Shown here in pieces: positions 37,958 to 47,161 of a stretch of 64,000 nucleotides of DNA. Within the stretch, counting starts at the first letter, position 1, and each line of letters starts with the position of its first letter. This DNA is from Bacteroidales bacterium UBA1800 (GTDB lineage Bacteria > Bacteroidota > Bacteroidia > Bacteroidales > VadinHA17). The notes under the pieces are model-generated. The model saw only the letters and a list, made by a program, of their open reading frames with translations. It was not told where the DNA came from and ran no database searches. The position numbers and the translations under genes were made by a program. The stretch is taken from positions 12,653 to 76,652 of the forward strand of contig DCFQ01000103.1 of assembly GCA_002319915.1 (NCBI GenBank), written 5' to 3'.

Positions 37958-39337
37958 ATGACAACATCACGCCGTATACTGATCTGTGATGATGATGATG
38001 CAGTGAGAAGCTCACTGGGTTTCCTGCTGTCAAAGGCGGGCTACTTACCCAATTTTGCCTCGAAACCCGATGACATTATCAGGCATGTGGGCGAGACAAC
38101 GTTCGACCTCATACTGCTCGACATGAACTTTTCGATGTCGATCAGCGGGGAAGAAGGGATTGCTCTTCTTAAGCATATAATATCATTGAAGCCTGATGTT
38201 CCGGTCGTTCTTATCACAGCCTGGGGTTCCGTGGAGCTGGCTGTCAGGGGGATGAAGCTCGGCGCTTCGGATTTTGTAACCAAACCATGGAACAATGTCC
38301 AGCTTCTGAAGATAATCGAAACGTCCATAGCATTGTCCGGGAAGAGAGATGCACACACCAGGGTTTCGGCAGTAAGGACCAGGTCACAGGATTTTCCGGG
38401 AATAATAGGGGAGGACCACAAGCTTCTGGAAGTGCTTGAGGTCATAAAACGTGTCTCTCCGACACATGCCCCGGTGCTCATCACAGGTGAAAGCGGAACG
38501 GGCAAAGAGCTGATAGCATCAGCTATTCACAGGTTCAGCGGCAGGAAGGATAATCCTTTCGTCAAGGTCAATCTCGGAGGCATTCCGGCAAGCCTGTTTG
38601 AATCGGAGATGTTCGGTTATAAAAAGGGAGCATTCACCGATGCAAAAAGCGATCATAGGGGAAGATTTGAACGGGCGAACAGGGGTACGATCTTCCTTGA
38701 TGAGATAGGCGATCTACACCTTGCTTCACAGGTGAAATTATTGCGGGTTTTACAGGATCAGACATTCGAAAGGCTTGGAGACCAGCACAGCTTGACAGTT
38801 GATGTCAGAGCAATTTCAGCCACAAACCGTGACCTCTATTCGCTTGCATGTGCCGGATCGTTCAGGGAGGACCTGCTTTACAGGATCAACCTTATACATA
38901 TTGAGGTGCCTCCCCTTCGTCAGCGCGTGGGAGATATCCCGCTGCTTGCAGGGTATTTCATTGACCAGGCCACGACAACCTATTCAATAGCCACGAAGAC
39001 TCTTACCGGCGAAGCAACCGAATGGTTGTGTTCGCAGTCATGGCCCGGGAATGTGAGGGAACTTAGGAATATCATCGAAAGGACATTGTTGCTTGCAAAG
39101 TCCGATGTTATAAGGTCATCAGATTTTATTACCGCGCTGCCGGCCGGAAAAATGGCCGATATGCAACAGACAGCCGCCGCCGGGACGCTGGATGAGATGG
39201 AAAAACACCTGATACTGGAGACCCTGAGGGAATTCGGAGGGAATTTTTCAAAATCAGCCGAAAAGCTTGGAATAAGCCGCGCTACCTTGTACAGGAAACT
39301 GGAGAAACACGGTATTCAAATCAGCAGGAATGAGTAA
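37958..39337 (+). CDS. Sigma54-dependent response regulator (NtrC family: REC plus AAA+ plus Fis-type HTH)
   Basis: The REC domain has LLDMNF. The AAA+ domain has GESGTGKE, GAFTDA (a GAFTGA-loop variant) and WPGNVREL. The C-terminal HTH is AEKLGISRATLYRKL. Confidence 0.9.
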   Translation: MTTSRRILICDDDDAVRSSLGFLLSKAGYLPNFASKPDDIIRHVGETTFDLILLDMNFSMSISGEEGIALLKHIISLKPDVPVVLITAWGSVELAVRGMKLGASDFVTKPWNNVQLLKIIETSIALSGKRDAHTRVSAVRTRSQDFPGIIGEDHKLLEVLEVIKRVSPTHAPVLITGESGTGKELIASAIHRFSGRKDNPFVKVNLGGIPASLFESEMFGYKKGAFTDAKSDHRGRFERANRGTIFLDEIGDLHLASQVKLLRVLQDQTFERLGDQHSLTVDVRAISATNRDLYSLACAGSFREDLLYRINLIHIEVPPLRQRVGDIPLLAGYFIDQATTTYSIATKTLTGEATEWLCSQSWPGNVRELRNIIERTLLLAKSDVIRSSDFITALPAGKMADMQQTAAAGTLDEMEKHLILETLREFGGNFSKSAEKLGISRATLYRKLEKHGIQISRNE

Positions 39338-40679
39338 ACGATGGATTATTGCCTGGATAACATTCATTTTTGCGATTTTTCTTGCTCTCGCTATTTATAG
39401 TTTCCGCATTAGCAAACCGTTAATACTTGTAATTGCAGAGTTCGTGATCCCTGCGCTGTATGCAGTCACCGTGTGGTTTGTGATGAAATCCCTCAAACCA
39501 ATAACCAATCTGAGCAGGAGCATGAGCCTCCTTAAGGAGGGTGAATTCAGCATAACCATGGTGAAGACAGGCAATAAAGAGGTGGATAATATCATAGATA
39601 TCTATAATTCAATGATATTCAGTTTGCGCGAAGAACGGCTGACAGTGAGGGAAAAGAATCATTTTCTCGACCTCCTGATCGAATCCTCGCCCCTTGGCAT
39701 CATTGTTCTCGATTTCGATGAAAAGATACTTAGCATCAATAACGCAGGCGCCCGGTGTCTGGGCATATCACAACCCGGCTTTGAAGGCAAAACGCTTCCG
39801 GAACTTCAAGGGAGCCTTGTGACGGAGCTCGGGAAGATCAGCTTCGGCGAAAAAAAACTTGTTATGCCGGCTGACGGAAAGAAATACCTGTGCAGGAAAC
39901 TCTTCTTCATGGATCATGGGTTCAGGCATCCCTTTTACATAATAGAAGAATTCACCCAGGAGATAAGGATAGCCGAGCGCGAGGCATATGGCAAGCTGAT
40001 CCGCATGATGGCGCATGAAGTGAATAATACTATAGGCTCGGTAAACTCGATAATGTCGAGTATACAATCGAACCCCGGCTCATTCGTCGAAACAGAGAAG
40101 GAGGATATTGTCAGGATACTTGGGATTGCCATACAGAGGAACTACCAGATGAACAAGTTCATGCAGAATTTTTCGAATGTCGTTAAGCTGCCGGCTCCCG
40201 AGAAAGAAAAAATGGACCTCAATGAATCGGTGCGGAATTTGCTGGAATCCTACAGTGCGGAACTGAAGGAAAAAAACATCTCGCTCCACACGGATCTCGA
40301 TGAATCAAATCCTGTTATATTTGCCGACCGCAGCCAGGTGGAACAGGTCTTTCTGAATATAGTCAAGAACTCGAAGGAGGCTGTCAGCGGTCATGGGCAA
40401 ATAAATGTGGCTACCAAGGTAAATCCAACCATCATCATTTTTGAGGATGACGGACCCGGACTGTCAGAAGCAGCTTCGGAGAAGCTGTTTTCACCCTTCT
40501 TCTCCACCAAACCGGGAGGACAGGGAATCGGACTTACACTCGTTCAGGAGATCCTGTCAAACCATGGATTTCCCTTCAGCCTGAAAAATAAGCCGGGGAG
40601 AGGGACTATATTTGTGATATACCTGCAGGAGGTGAAAACATCAAAAAAAGCCAGCCAGCTTACAGAGTCAGGCAATTGA
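39330..40679 (+). CDS. Sensor histidine kinase (2 TM, HAMP-like, PAS-like, HisKA, HATPase_c)
   Basis: H-box MAHEVNNTIGS, N-box IVKNSKEA, and G-boxes EDDGPGL and GGQGIGL. It overlaps the regulator gene by 8 nt. Confidence 0.85.
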   Translation: MSKRWIIAWITFIFAIFLALAIYSFRISKPLILVIAEFVIPALYAVTVWFVMKSLKPITNLSRSMSLLKEGEFSITMVKTGNKEVDNIIDIYNSMIFSLREERLTVREKNHFLDLLIESSPLGIIVLDFDEKILSINNAGARCLGISQPGFEGKTLPELQGSLVTELGKISFGEKKLVMPADGKKYLCRKLFFMDHGFRHPFYIIEEFTQEIRIAEREAYGKLIRMMAHEVNNTIGSVNSIMSSIQSNPGSFVETEKEDIVRILGIAIQRNYQMNKFMQNFSNVVKLPAPEKEKMDLNESVRNLLESYSAELKEKNISLHTDLDESNPVIFADRSQVEQVFLNIVKNSKEAVSGHGQINVATKVNPTIIIFEDDGPGLSEAASEKLFSPFFSTKPGGQGIGLTLVQEILSNHGFPFSLKNKPGRGTIFVIYLQEVKTSKKASQLTESGN

Positions 40680-40720
40680 TACAACTGCACTTCCCGGATA
40701 ATTTTACCCGTTTGCCCGGA

Positions 40721-40942
40721 TTATTTGCTTTCGACCGGCTTTTCCTTCGGCCTGGTGCTTAACCCGAGCACATAATAAATCGGACAAAAATTAATAACGG
40801 CTGTAAGACCCAAAACAACTCCTGCTGCCAGGATCACAATTCCCAGTGTTCCTGAAATTACATGAGTGAAGAACAGGATAATTGCAGCTACCGCAACAAG
40901 GATCCTGATCACTTTGTCGATTATGCCCAGATTGCTTTTCAT
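40721..40942 (-). CDS. DUF2892 (YgaP-like) small membrane protein
   Basis: 73 aa. IDKVIRILVAVAAIILF...LTAVINFCPIYYVLGLST matches the DUF2892 pattern. Confidence 0.7.
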   Translation of the reverse strand: MKSNLGIIDKVIRILVAVAAIILFFTHVISGTLGIVILAAGVVLGLTAVINFCPIYYVLGLSTRPKEKPVESK

Positions 40943-41057
40943 TTGTGAGTTATATTAAGTTTAAAAGTTTTATACCTGTTTGTTTCTGAAATTCAGTACC
41001 TGTTTTTGTTACATTTCTCAGATCTTACATGTATGACAAATCAGTCCACCAATTGTG

Positions 41058-41519
41058 CTATCTGACTGACAAAACATCGTTGATCACTTTGACAAGGCTT
41101 TCTCTGGGAAGGGCGCCGATCGTTACCTGCGGCTTGCCGCTTGCCGGGATAAAGAGAAGGGTCGGCAACTGTGAAATTCCCAGTGCCTGCGCCAGGGCTC
41201 TTTCCTTATCAGTGTTGACCTTGTACACGTTTATCTTCCCGGAATATTCCCTGGCAATATCCTCTACTAACGGCGACAATACCTTGCAGGGAGGACACCA
41301 GTCAGCGTAAAAGTCGATTATTGCCGGTTTGCTTCCTTCATATTTCCAATCCTTATTAACCTCATAATTGAAGATAAGCTTCTTGAACGCATCATTGCTG
41401 AGCTGCACCACTGCTTCCGTTCCGGATGCCCTGGCCCCGTCGGTCGAAGAAGTTCCCGCATGACAATCGAATAGAAGGAACGGCAGGATTGCTGTCAGCA
41501 GGATGAGATGTCTTTTCAT
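41058..41519 (-). CDS. Secreted or lipoprotein thioredoxin-family protein
   Basis: Signal peptide with LFDC and active site DFYADWCPPCKVLSP. Confidence 0.85.
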   Translation of the reverse strand: MKRHLILLTAILPFLLFDCHAGTSSTDGARASGTEAVVQLSNDAFKKLIFNYEVNKDWKYEGSKPAIIDFYADWCPPCKVLSPLVEDIAREYSGKINVYKVNTDKERALAQALGISQLPTLLFIPASGKPQVTIGALPRESLVKVINDVLSVR

Positions 41520-41551
41520 TTTATTTCTGATTAATTGATTAAATCAACTTA

Positions 41552-41797
41552 TTATTTATCGGTTTTTTTATCAAACATGCCTGACACCAGGTAGCCGAGT
41601 AAGCCTCCCATTAAAACGCTCCCCCAGGGATTGCCGGTAATGGGACAGGTTCCCGATTTGCAGCCAACGAAATGATAATACAGGAACCCGCCGGATGCGC
41701 CTGCCACTATCCCGATGAAAGGCTTCCAGAATTGCCATGATTTAAAAAAACCTGCTGTTGTAACCCGGTTTGTACCATTGTTGCTGCCTGTGTCCAT
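41552..41797 (-). CDS. Small membrane protein with a CKSGTC motif (DUF6132-like)
   Basis: The track start 41818 is GTG and the ATG is at 41797. Two hydrophobic helices flank GCKSGTCPITGNPWG. Confidence 0.5.
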   Translation of the reverse strand: MDTGSNNGTNRVTTAGFFKSWQFWKPFIGIVAGASGGFLYYHFVGCKSGTCPITGNPWGSVLMGGLLGYLVSGMFDKKTDK

Positions 41798-41947
41798 TGC
41801 GATTAAAAATAAATTCACTGCAAAGATATAAAATTAAATCTTTAAATCGCAATAGTATCACCTAAATCTTTTTAATATCACTCGCTGGCGGATATTCATC
41901 TTGCAAAACCTGCATAACATGCTTAACTTGCAGGAGAAATCTTTTAA

Positions 41948-42658
41948 ATGCCCGACAGCTATTTCCGGTTTAAGCAGTTCACCATCAGGCAGGACAGGTC
42001 GCCATTTAAGGTTGGTACCGACGGGGTACTGCTGGGTGCATGCGCAGGAATTGGGGAGGCAGGAAGTATACTTGACATAGGCACCGGCACCGGCCTTGTT
42101 GCCCTGATGCTCGCCCAGCGGAGCAATGCGGATATATCCGCCATAGAGCCTGATCAAGGTTCATACCTGCAGGCCTGTGAGAATATCGAAGCAAGCCCCT
42201 GGAGTGACCGGATACGGGTCCATTACTGCAGGCTTCAGGAGTTCTTCCCGGCGGGCCGCAGGTTTGACCTGATTGTATCCAATCCGCCCTATTTCATAGA
42301 TTCCCTGAAGAATCCCGACAGCGGCATTGCAGCTGCCAGGCACGATATCAGCCTCACACAGGATGACCTGCTCGAAGGAGCCACGCGACTCCTTGAAGAT
42401 GACGGACGGTTTGAGGTGATCATGCCTTATGCGGAAGGCACGATCCTGATCAGGGACGCAGGGAAATGTGGCCTTTATTGCAACTCGATGATCAGGATCA
42501 AGCCTTTGCCGTCATCGGATATAAAGCGCCTGGTACTCTCATTCTCAAGGCAAAGCACCCCTGTTTCGGAAAAGTCGGTTACAATTGAGAAGGGAAGGAG
42601 GCACGACTTCACCGATGAATATATTGATCTGACGAGGGAGTTTTATCTGAAGTTTTGA
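41948..42658 (+). CDS. tRNA1(Val) (adenine37-N6)-methyltransferase-like (YfiC/TrmN6 family)
   Basis: FRFKQFTIRQDRSPFKVGTDGVLLGA N-terminus, SAM motif ILDIGTGTGLVALMLAQR, and catalytic NPPY. Confidence 0.8.
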   Translation: MPDSYFRFKQFTIRQDRSPFKVGTDGVLLGACAGIGEAGSILDIGTGTGLVALMLAQRSNADISAIEPDQGSYLQACENIEASPWSDRIRVHYCRLQEFFPAGRRFDLIVSNPPYFIDSLKNPDSGIAAARHDISLTQDDLLEGATRLLEDDGRFEVIMPYAEGTILIRDAGKCGLYCNSMIRIKPLPSSDIKRLVLSFSRQSTPVSEKSVTIEKGRRHDFTDEYIDLTREFYLKF

Positions 42659-42674
42659 AGATTGTCACACAGAT

Positions 42675-42740
42675 CCCGATAGCTATCGGGACACTGAGAA
42701 GACACGGAGGATCAAGGAGAAATATCTCGAAACTCCGTGT
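42675..42740. terminator. Two hairpins between convergent genes: the perfect 16-nt palindrome cccgatagctatcggg, and acacggag-N23-ctccgtgt
   Basis: Palindrome at 42675-42690. An 8-bp stem lies at 42702-42709 and 42733-42740. The word cacggag(g)atca is shared with the element at 18690. Confidence 0.35.
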
Positions 42741-42746
42741 AACCAT

Positions 42747-44090
42747 TTACTTATCAGCTACCCCCATCGCGCTCTCCGGAAGCCCGTACTCTTCCTTCAT
42801 TTCTATTCCCAGCCTAGCGAGCTCATCGAGCACCTGGTTGTAGATCACAGGCATCACGGGCCTGTAAACGCCTTTAAGGTCTATTTTCTTTTCAAGGATC
42901 AGCTTAACGGCTGCAGCTGCAGGCAGTGCGACAGTCCGTGCAATTGCGGTGTTGGTTGCGGGGGTCCCGAAATCGAGCATCGATGACTTTATGACCTCCT
43001 TCCTGCCGTCGGGCCACTTCGCCAGGAAAATATGCTGCATTACGACCATATCACGCTCATTGTCAGATATCATCATCTTGCTTATCATCCTGTCAGAAGT
43101 TATATCGAATGGGGAAGCCTCCGTGTAATTTAATTTCTCGTCGCTGAAGAAGCCAAGGAAATCCAATGCCCTCACCGCTGCCGAGTCAACGGAGATCCCC
43201 AGCTTGAAGGCCACTGACGACTTCAGTCCGGCTTTGCCGGTACCGGCCCTTTCAGCAAGGAACTCGGAACAGGTCATTCCTGTACGGTCCGAAGTTCCGT
43301 CGTCGAGCATCCCCAGCTGCTTCATTGCATCCAGTGCCTCGCACCAGCCCGGAAACCGGAAGGTGCCGCGGTACATTGTCGAAACCCCCGGGATGCCGTA
43401 AATGTCGATGTAGCTCAGGGAATCGCGGTTTGGATAAACCTCGAGCCTGCCGGTTCCCGGGAAGTCGTAACTGAACCTGTCCCTGAAAAGACTGACGGGA
43501 TCGACTGTAACTGTCCGCCCCTTCCTGAGGTACTGCGCCCCGTTCCTGCTGGCAAGCACAACACCCTTAGGGCTCCAGGTGAATTTGTATCCCATGGGAT
43601 TATCTGTTACCTCAGGGGCCGGAAGCGCCCCGCAGAGCGACCAGAACTCCTCGACTTTCCCCCCTCTGCCATGAATATGATCGATGATCCTCATGGCTGA
43701 CATGTGATCGATCCCGGGATCGAGTCCGGTCTCGTTCAGGATCAGAACCCCTGCGTTTTCCGCATCCGCTGCGATCTTCAGCATTTCGGGCTGGACATAC
43801 GATGTGGTTACAAGCGATCTGTGACGTGAGATGCAGATCCTGGCAACTTCAGTATGGAACTTGTATGGCAGAAGTGAAACCGTCAGATCTGTGGCCGTGA
43901 TCATTTTCTTAAGTGATGCCGGATCATCCATTGACCAGTCGACGGCATCACCAAGCGGGTTGCCGGCGATCATCTGCTGCGCACGTTCCGGCATGGGAGA
44001 GGCAACTGTAACACCGATCCTTCTCTCAAGCAGGTACTCGATTATGGGTTTTGCGACCATTCCGGCACCGAGGATCAAAACCTTTTTCAT
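42747..44090 (-). CDS. Saccharopine dehydrogenase family oxidoreductase
   Basis: The track start 44129 is TTG. The ATG at 44090 gives MKKVLILGAGMVAKP (Rossmann GxGxxA). The GLDPGIDHM motif is typical of the family. Confidence 0.8.
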   Translation of the reverse strand: MKKVLILGAGMVAKPIIEYLLERRIGVTVASPMPERAQQMIAGNPLGDAVDWSMDDPASLKKMITATDLTVSLLPYKFHTEVARICISRHRSLVTTSYVQPEMLKIAADAENAGVLILNETGLDPGIDHMSAMRIIDHIHGRGGKVEEFWSLCGALPAPEVTDNPMGYKFTWSPKGVVLASRNGAQYLRKGRTVTVDPVSLFRDRFSYDFPGTGRLEVYPNRDSLSYIDIYGIPGVSTMYRGTFRFPGWCEALDAMKQLGMLDDGTSDRTGMTCSEFLAERAGTGKAGLKSSVAFKLGISVDSAAVRALDFLGFFSDEKLNYTEASPFDITSDRMISKMMISDNERDMVVMQHIFLAKWPDGRKEVIKSSMLDFGTPATNTAIARTVALPAAAAVKLILEKKIDLKGVYRPVMPVIYNQVLDELARLGIEMKEEYGLPESAMGVADK

Positions 44091-44162
44091 GGCAGGCGAG
44101 TTAATTGAGTTTACAAGGTAAAAATTCAATACAACAATATTTATGACACTGCATAATATTAT

Positions 44163-44306
44163 TTAACCGCAAAGAACGCCAAGTTTAAGCAAAGAACGCA
44201 AAGAGGCCCCTAAATCCCCTGAAGGGGACTTCATTAACCCCTATATTTAGGGGAAGGGGGCCTACTTCACGGACTTTGTGCAAGCCTTTGTTTCCTTTGC
44301 GGTTAA
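44163..44306. repeat. Composite palindromic intergenic element bounded by perfect 12-nt inverted repeats ttaaccgcaaag / ctttgcggttaa
   Basis: Arms at 44163-44174 and 44295-44306. The interior contains (a/t)(a/c)cgcaaag direct repeats and the C-run/G-run hairpins cccctgaagggg and ggcccctaaat...atttagggg. It shares exact cores with 50414-50511 and 56807-56874. Confidence 0.7.
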
Positions 44307-44368
44307 TAAAATTGTTATTCAAATGTCTTTCAAACCGGTTCCGGGATAGCTGCAAATTTTATTTGCTT

Positions 44369-44376
44369 TATCTTTG
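44369..44376 (+). promoter_or_regulatory. Candidate -7 box (TATCTTTG) for mutS
   Basis: Exact TAnnTTTG match. Its position argues that the mutS start is the ATG at 44418, not the TTG at 44379. Confidence 0.3.
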
Positions 44377-44417
44377 TTTTGATTCAAAAGAAAATAAAAT
44401 TCCCAACCAGATCTGCA

Positions 44418-47027
44418 ATGCAGGAGGATCAGAAATATGTCGAGACGCCGCTGATGAAGCAGTACTACAGCGTCAAGTCGAAACACCCTGACGCGATACT
44501 GCTCTTCCGGGTGGGGGATTTTTACGAGACATTCGGGGAAGACGCCATAAGGGCATCTGAGATACTGGGAATAACCCTGACCCGCAGGGCCAACGGATCA
44601 GCATCATTCGTCGAACTGGCAGGGTTCCCTTACCATGCTCTCGATACCTATCTTCCCAGGCTCGTCAGGGCCGGCCAGAGGGTCGCAATATGTGAGCAGC
44701 TGGAGGATCCGAAGCTTACAAAGAAAATAGTCAAGAGGGGGATCATTGAATTGATTACCCCGGGTTTATCACTTAATGAGAATGTCCTTAACCACAAGGA
44801 AAACAACTTTCTCGCTGCCGTGCATTTTGACAGGGGTATCGCCGGAGTTTCATTCCTGGATATTTCCACCGGAGAGTTCCTTGTCTCGGAAGGTACCTTG
44901 GAGTACATAGATCAGATGCTCAATAATCTCCAACCCAAGGAGGTGCTCTTTGAAAAGGGTAAAAGCGAGCTTTTCAGGGATAATTTCGGATCGAAATTCT
45001 ATACCTACAAGCTGGATGACTGGATCTTCACAACCGAGGCTGCCAACGATAGGCTACTGAAGCAGTTTGAAACGGTTTCCCTTAAAGGGTTCGGCATTCA
45101 GAGCCTGAATGCGGGGATCATTGCTGCCGGTGCGATCCTTTATTATCTTGATATCACCCAGCATTCCCAGCTTGGTCACATTACAAACCTGTCGAGGATC
45201 GAAAAGGACAGGTATGTATGGCTTGATAAATTCACGATCAGGAACCTTGAGCTTTTCCAGTCGCCATATGAAGGGGCGAAGACTCTTATCGATGTCATCG
45301 ACCGGACTATCTCGCCGATGGGAGGGAGGCTTCTGAAGAGGTGGATCGCACTTCCGCTGAAGGACATACAGCCGGTAAACGAGCGACTCGATATTGTCCA
45401 GTTCCTGGTTGACAATCCTCTTTTCAGAAAGGAAACCGCTGCCCTTATCCGCCAGATCGGCGATCTTGAACGGCTTGTCTCAAAAGTCGCTGTAGGGAGG
45501 ATCAACCCGAGGGAAGTGGTCCAGCTGAAAAAGGCGCTGATGGCGATAGAACCAATGAAGGAATTATGCAACGGCTCTGGGTGCCGTCCGCTTGGACTCC
45601 TCGGGGAACAGCTGAATCCCTGCAGGTCAATTGCTGACAGGATCGACAGGGAGCTGAACAACGATCCGCCTGTCCAGCTTTCAAGGGGGGAAGTTATCTC
45701 CCAGGGAGTTTCCCCTGAGCTCGATGAGTTGCGAAATGTGCTTTATCACGGGAAGGATTACATTGCGGACCTCCAGGCACGGGAGAGCCTGAGAACGGGG
45801 ATCCCTTCCCTCAAGGTAAGCTTCAACAATGTTTTCGGATACTATATTGAAGTCCGGAACACGCACCGCGACAAGGTCCCGCCCGACTGGATCAGGAAAC
45901 AGACCCTGGTAAGTGCCGAGCGGTACATAACGGAGGAACTGAAGGAATACGAGAACAAGATATTTGGAGCGGAGGAGAAGATCAATGCGCTTGAAGCAAA
46001 GCTGTTCAATGATATTGTCCTTGCGATAGTCGAATATATCCCGCCGGTCCAGGTCAACTCGTCGCTCGTTGCAAGGTTCGATTGCCTTCATTCCTTTGCC
46101 GTTGCGTCCGATGAGAACAAATATACGAGGCCGCAGCTGAACGACTCAAAAGTCATTGATATCAGGGACGGCAGGCATCCCGTGATAGAGAAGCAGCTTC
46201 CGCCCGGGGAAGCCTATGTGCCAAACGATGTTCTGCTCGACACGGATGACCAGCAGATAATTATCCTCACAGGTCCCAATATGTCAGGAAAGTCGGCCCT
46301 GCTAAGGCAGACCGCCCTGATTGTGCTCCTTGCCCAGACCGGCTGTTTTGTGCCGGCCGGTTCCGCATCGATCGGTGTGGTGGACAAGATCTTCACAAGG
46401 GTCGGCGCATCGGATAACATCAGCCTTGGAGAGTCGACATTCATGGTTGAAATGAACGAGACGGCAAGCATTCTTAATAACCTGTCGGACAGGAGCCTGA
46501 TACTTCTCGATGAGATAGGCAGGGGAACGAGTACTTACGACGGGATCTCGATTGCATGGGCAATGGTCGAATACCTCCACGAGAACCGGTTCAGGGCTAA
46601 GACACTGTTTGCCACTCATTACCATGAACTTAATGAGATGGAAAATTCCTTCCCCAGGGTTCATAACTACAGCGTTTCCATAAAAGAGTTCAACAACAAG
46701 GTCATCTTCCTGAGAAAGCTGAAGAGGGGAGGAAGTGAGCACAGTTTCGGGATCCATGTCGCAAAGATGGCCGGGATGCCAAAGAGCGTCGTCAGGCGCG
46801 CCGATGAGATCCTGAAAGAACTTGAGCAGAGCCATGAGAAGAAAGAACTGACAAAGCCAATCGCCGACCTTGCCGACCACAGGGAGGGAATGCAGCTCAG
46901 CTTTTTCCAGCTCGATGACCCTGTACTGAAACAGATCAGGGATGAAATATTGTACCTCGACATCGATAACCTGACCCCGGTGGAAGCGCTCAATAAGCTT
47001 TACAGCATTAAGAAAGTGCTCAAATAG
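44418..47027 (+). CDS. mutS: DNA mismatch repair protein MutS
   Basis: [35 protein letters not shown]-terminus, Walker [21 protein letters not shown] and THYHEL. Confidence 0.95.
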   Translation: MQEDQKYVETPLMKQYYSVKSKHPDAILLFRVGDFYETFGEDAIRASEILGITLTRRANGSASFVELAGFPYHALDTYLPRLVRAGQRVAICEQLEDPKLTKKIVKRGIIELITPGLSLNENVLNHKENNFLAAVHFDRGIAGVSFLDISTGEFLVSEGTLEYIDQMLNNLQPKEVLFEKGKSELFRDNFGSKFYTYKLDDWIFTTEAANDRLLKQFETVSLKGFGIQSLNAGIIAAGAILYYLDITQHSQLGHITNLSRIEKDRYVWLDKFTIRNLELFQSPYEGAKTLIDVIDRTISPMGGRLLKRWIALPLKDIQPVNERLDIVQFLVDNPLFRKETAALIRQIGDLERLVSKVAVGRINPREVVQLKKALMAIEPMKELCNGSGCRPLGLLGEQLNPCRSIADRIDRELNNDPPVQLSRGEVISQGVSPELDELRNVLYHGKDYIADLQARESLRTGIPSLKVSFNNVFGYYIEVRNTHRDKVPPDWIRKQTLVSAERYITEELKEYENKIFGAEEKINALEAKLFNDIVLAIVEYIPPVQVNSSLVARFDCLHSFAVASDENKYTRPQLNDSKVIDIRDGRHPVIEKQLPPGEAYVPNDVLLDTDDQQIIILTGPNMSGKSALLRQTALIVLLAQTGCFVPAGSASIGVVDKIFTRVGASDNISLGESTFMVEMNETASILNNLSDRSLILLDEIGRGTSTYDGISIAWAMVEYLHENRFRAKTLFATHYHELNEMENSFPRVHNYSVSIKEFNNKVIFLRKLKRGGSEHSFGIHVAKMAGMPKSVVRRADEILKELEQSHEKKELTKPIADLADHREGMQLSFFQLDDPVLKQIRDEILYLDIDNLTPVEALNKLYSIKKVLK

Positions 47028-47161
47028 TCCTGATCAGGATATATCTTATTTATTCAGGGAAATTCCTGAGATTTTATTCTAAAAGCCCCACTGATCTAAA
47101 ATATTGGTTTAAATTTACTTAGCTCTTTCTCATTCTGATCAACCCTAAATTGCATACTGCT

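Noticed and set aside
44163-44306. Insertion sequence or transposon
   Set aside because: Terminal inverted repeats are present, but the element is only 144 nt with no transposase ORF. The 71-aa ORF at 44276-44491 crosses the repeat and the mutS leader and has no recognisable family. At most this is a non-autonomous MITE- or REP-like element.
47028-47039. Perfect 12-nt palindrome tcctgatcagga immediately after the mutS stop, considered as an intrinsic terminator
   Set aside because: Folded as a hairpin it gives only about 4 bp of stem around a 4-nt loop, and there is no U-tract. It is too weak to call, though it is noted as containing GATC.
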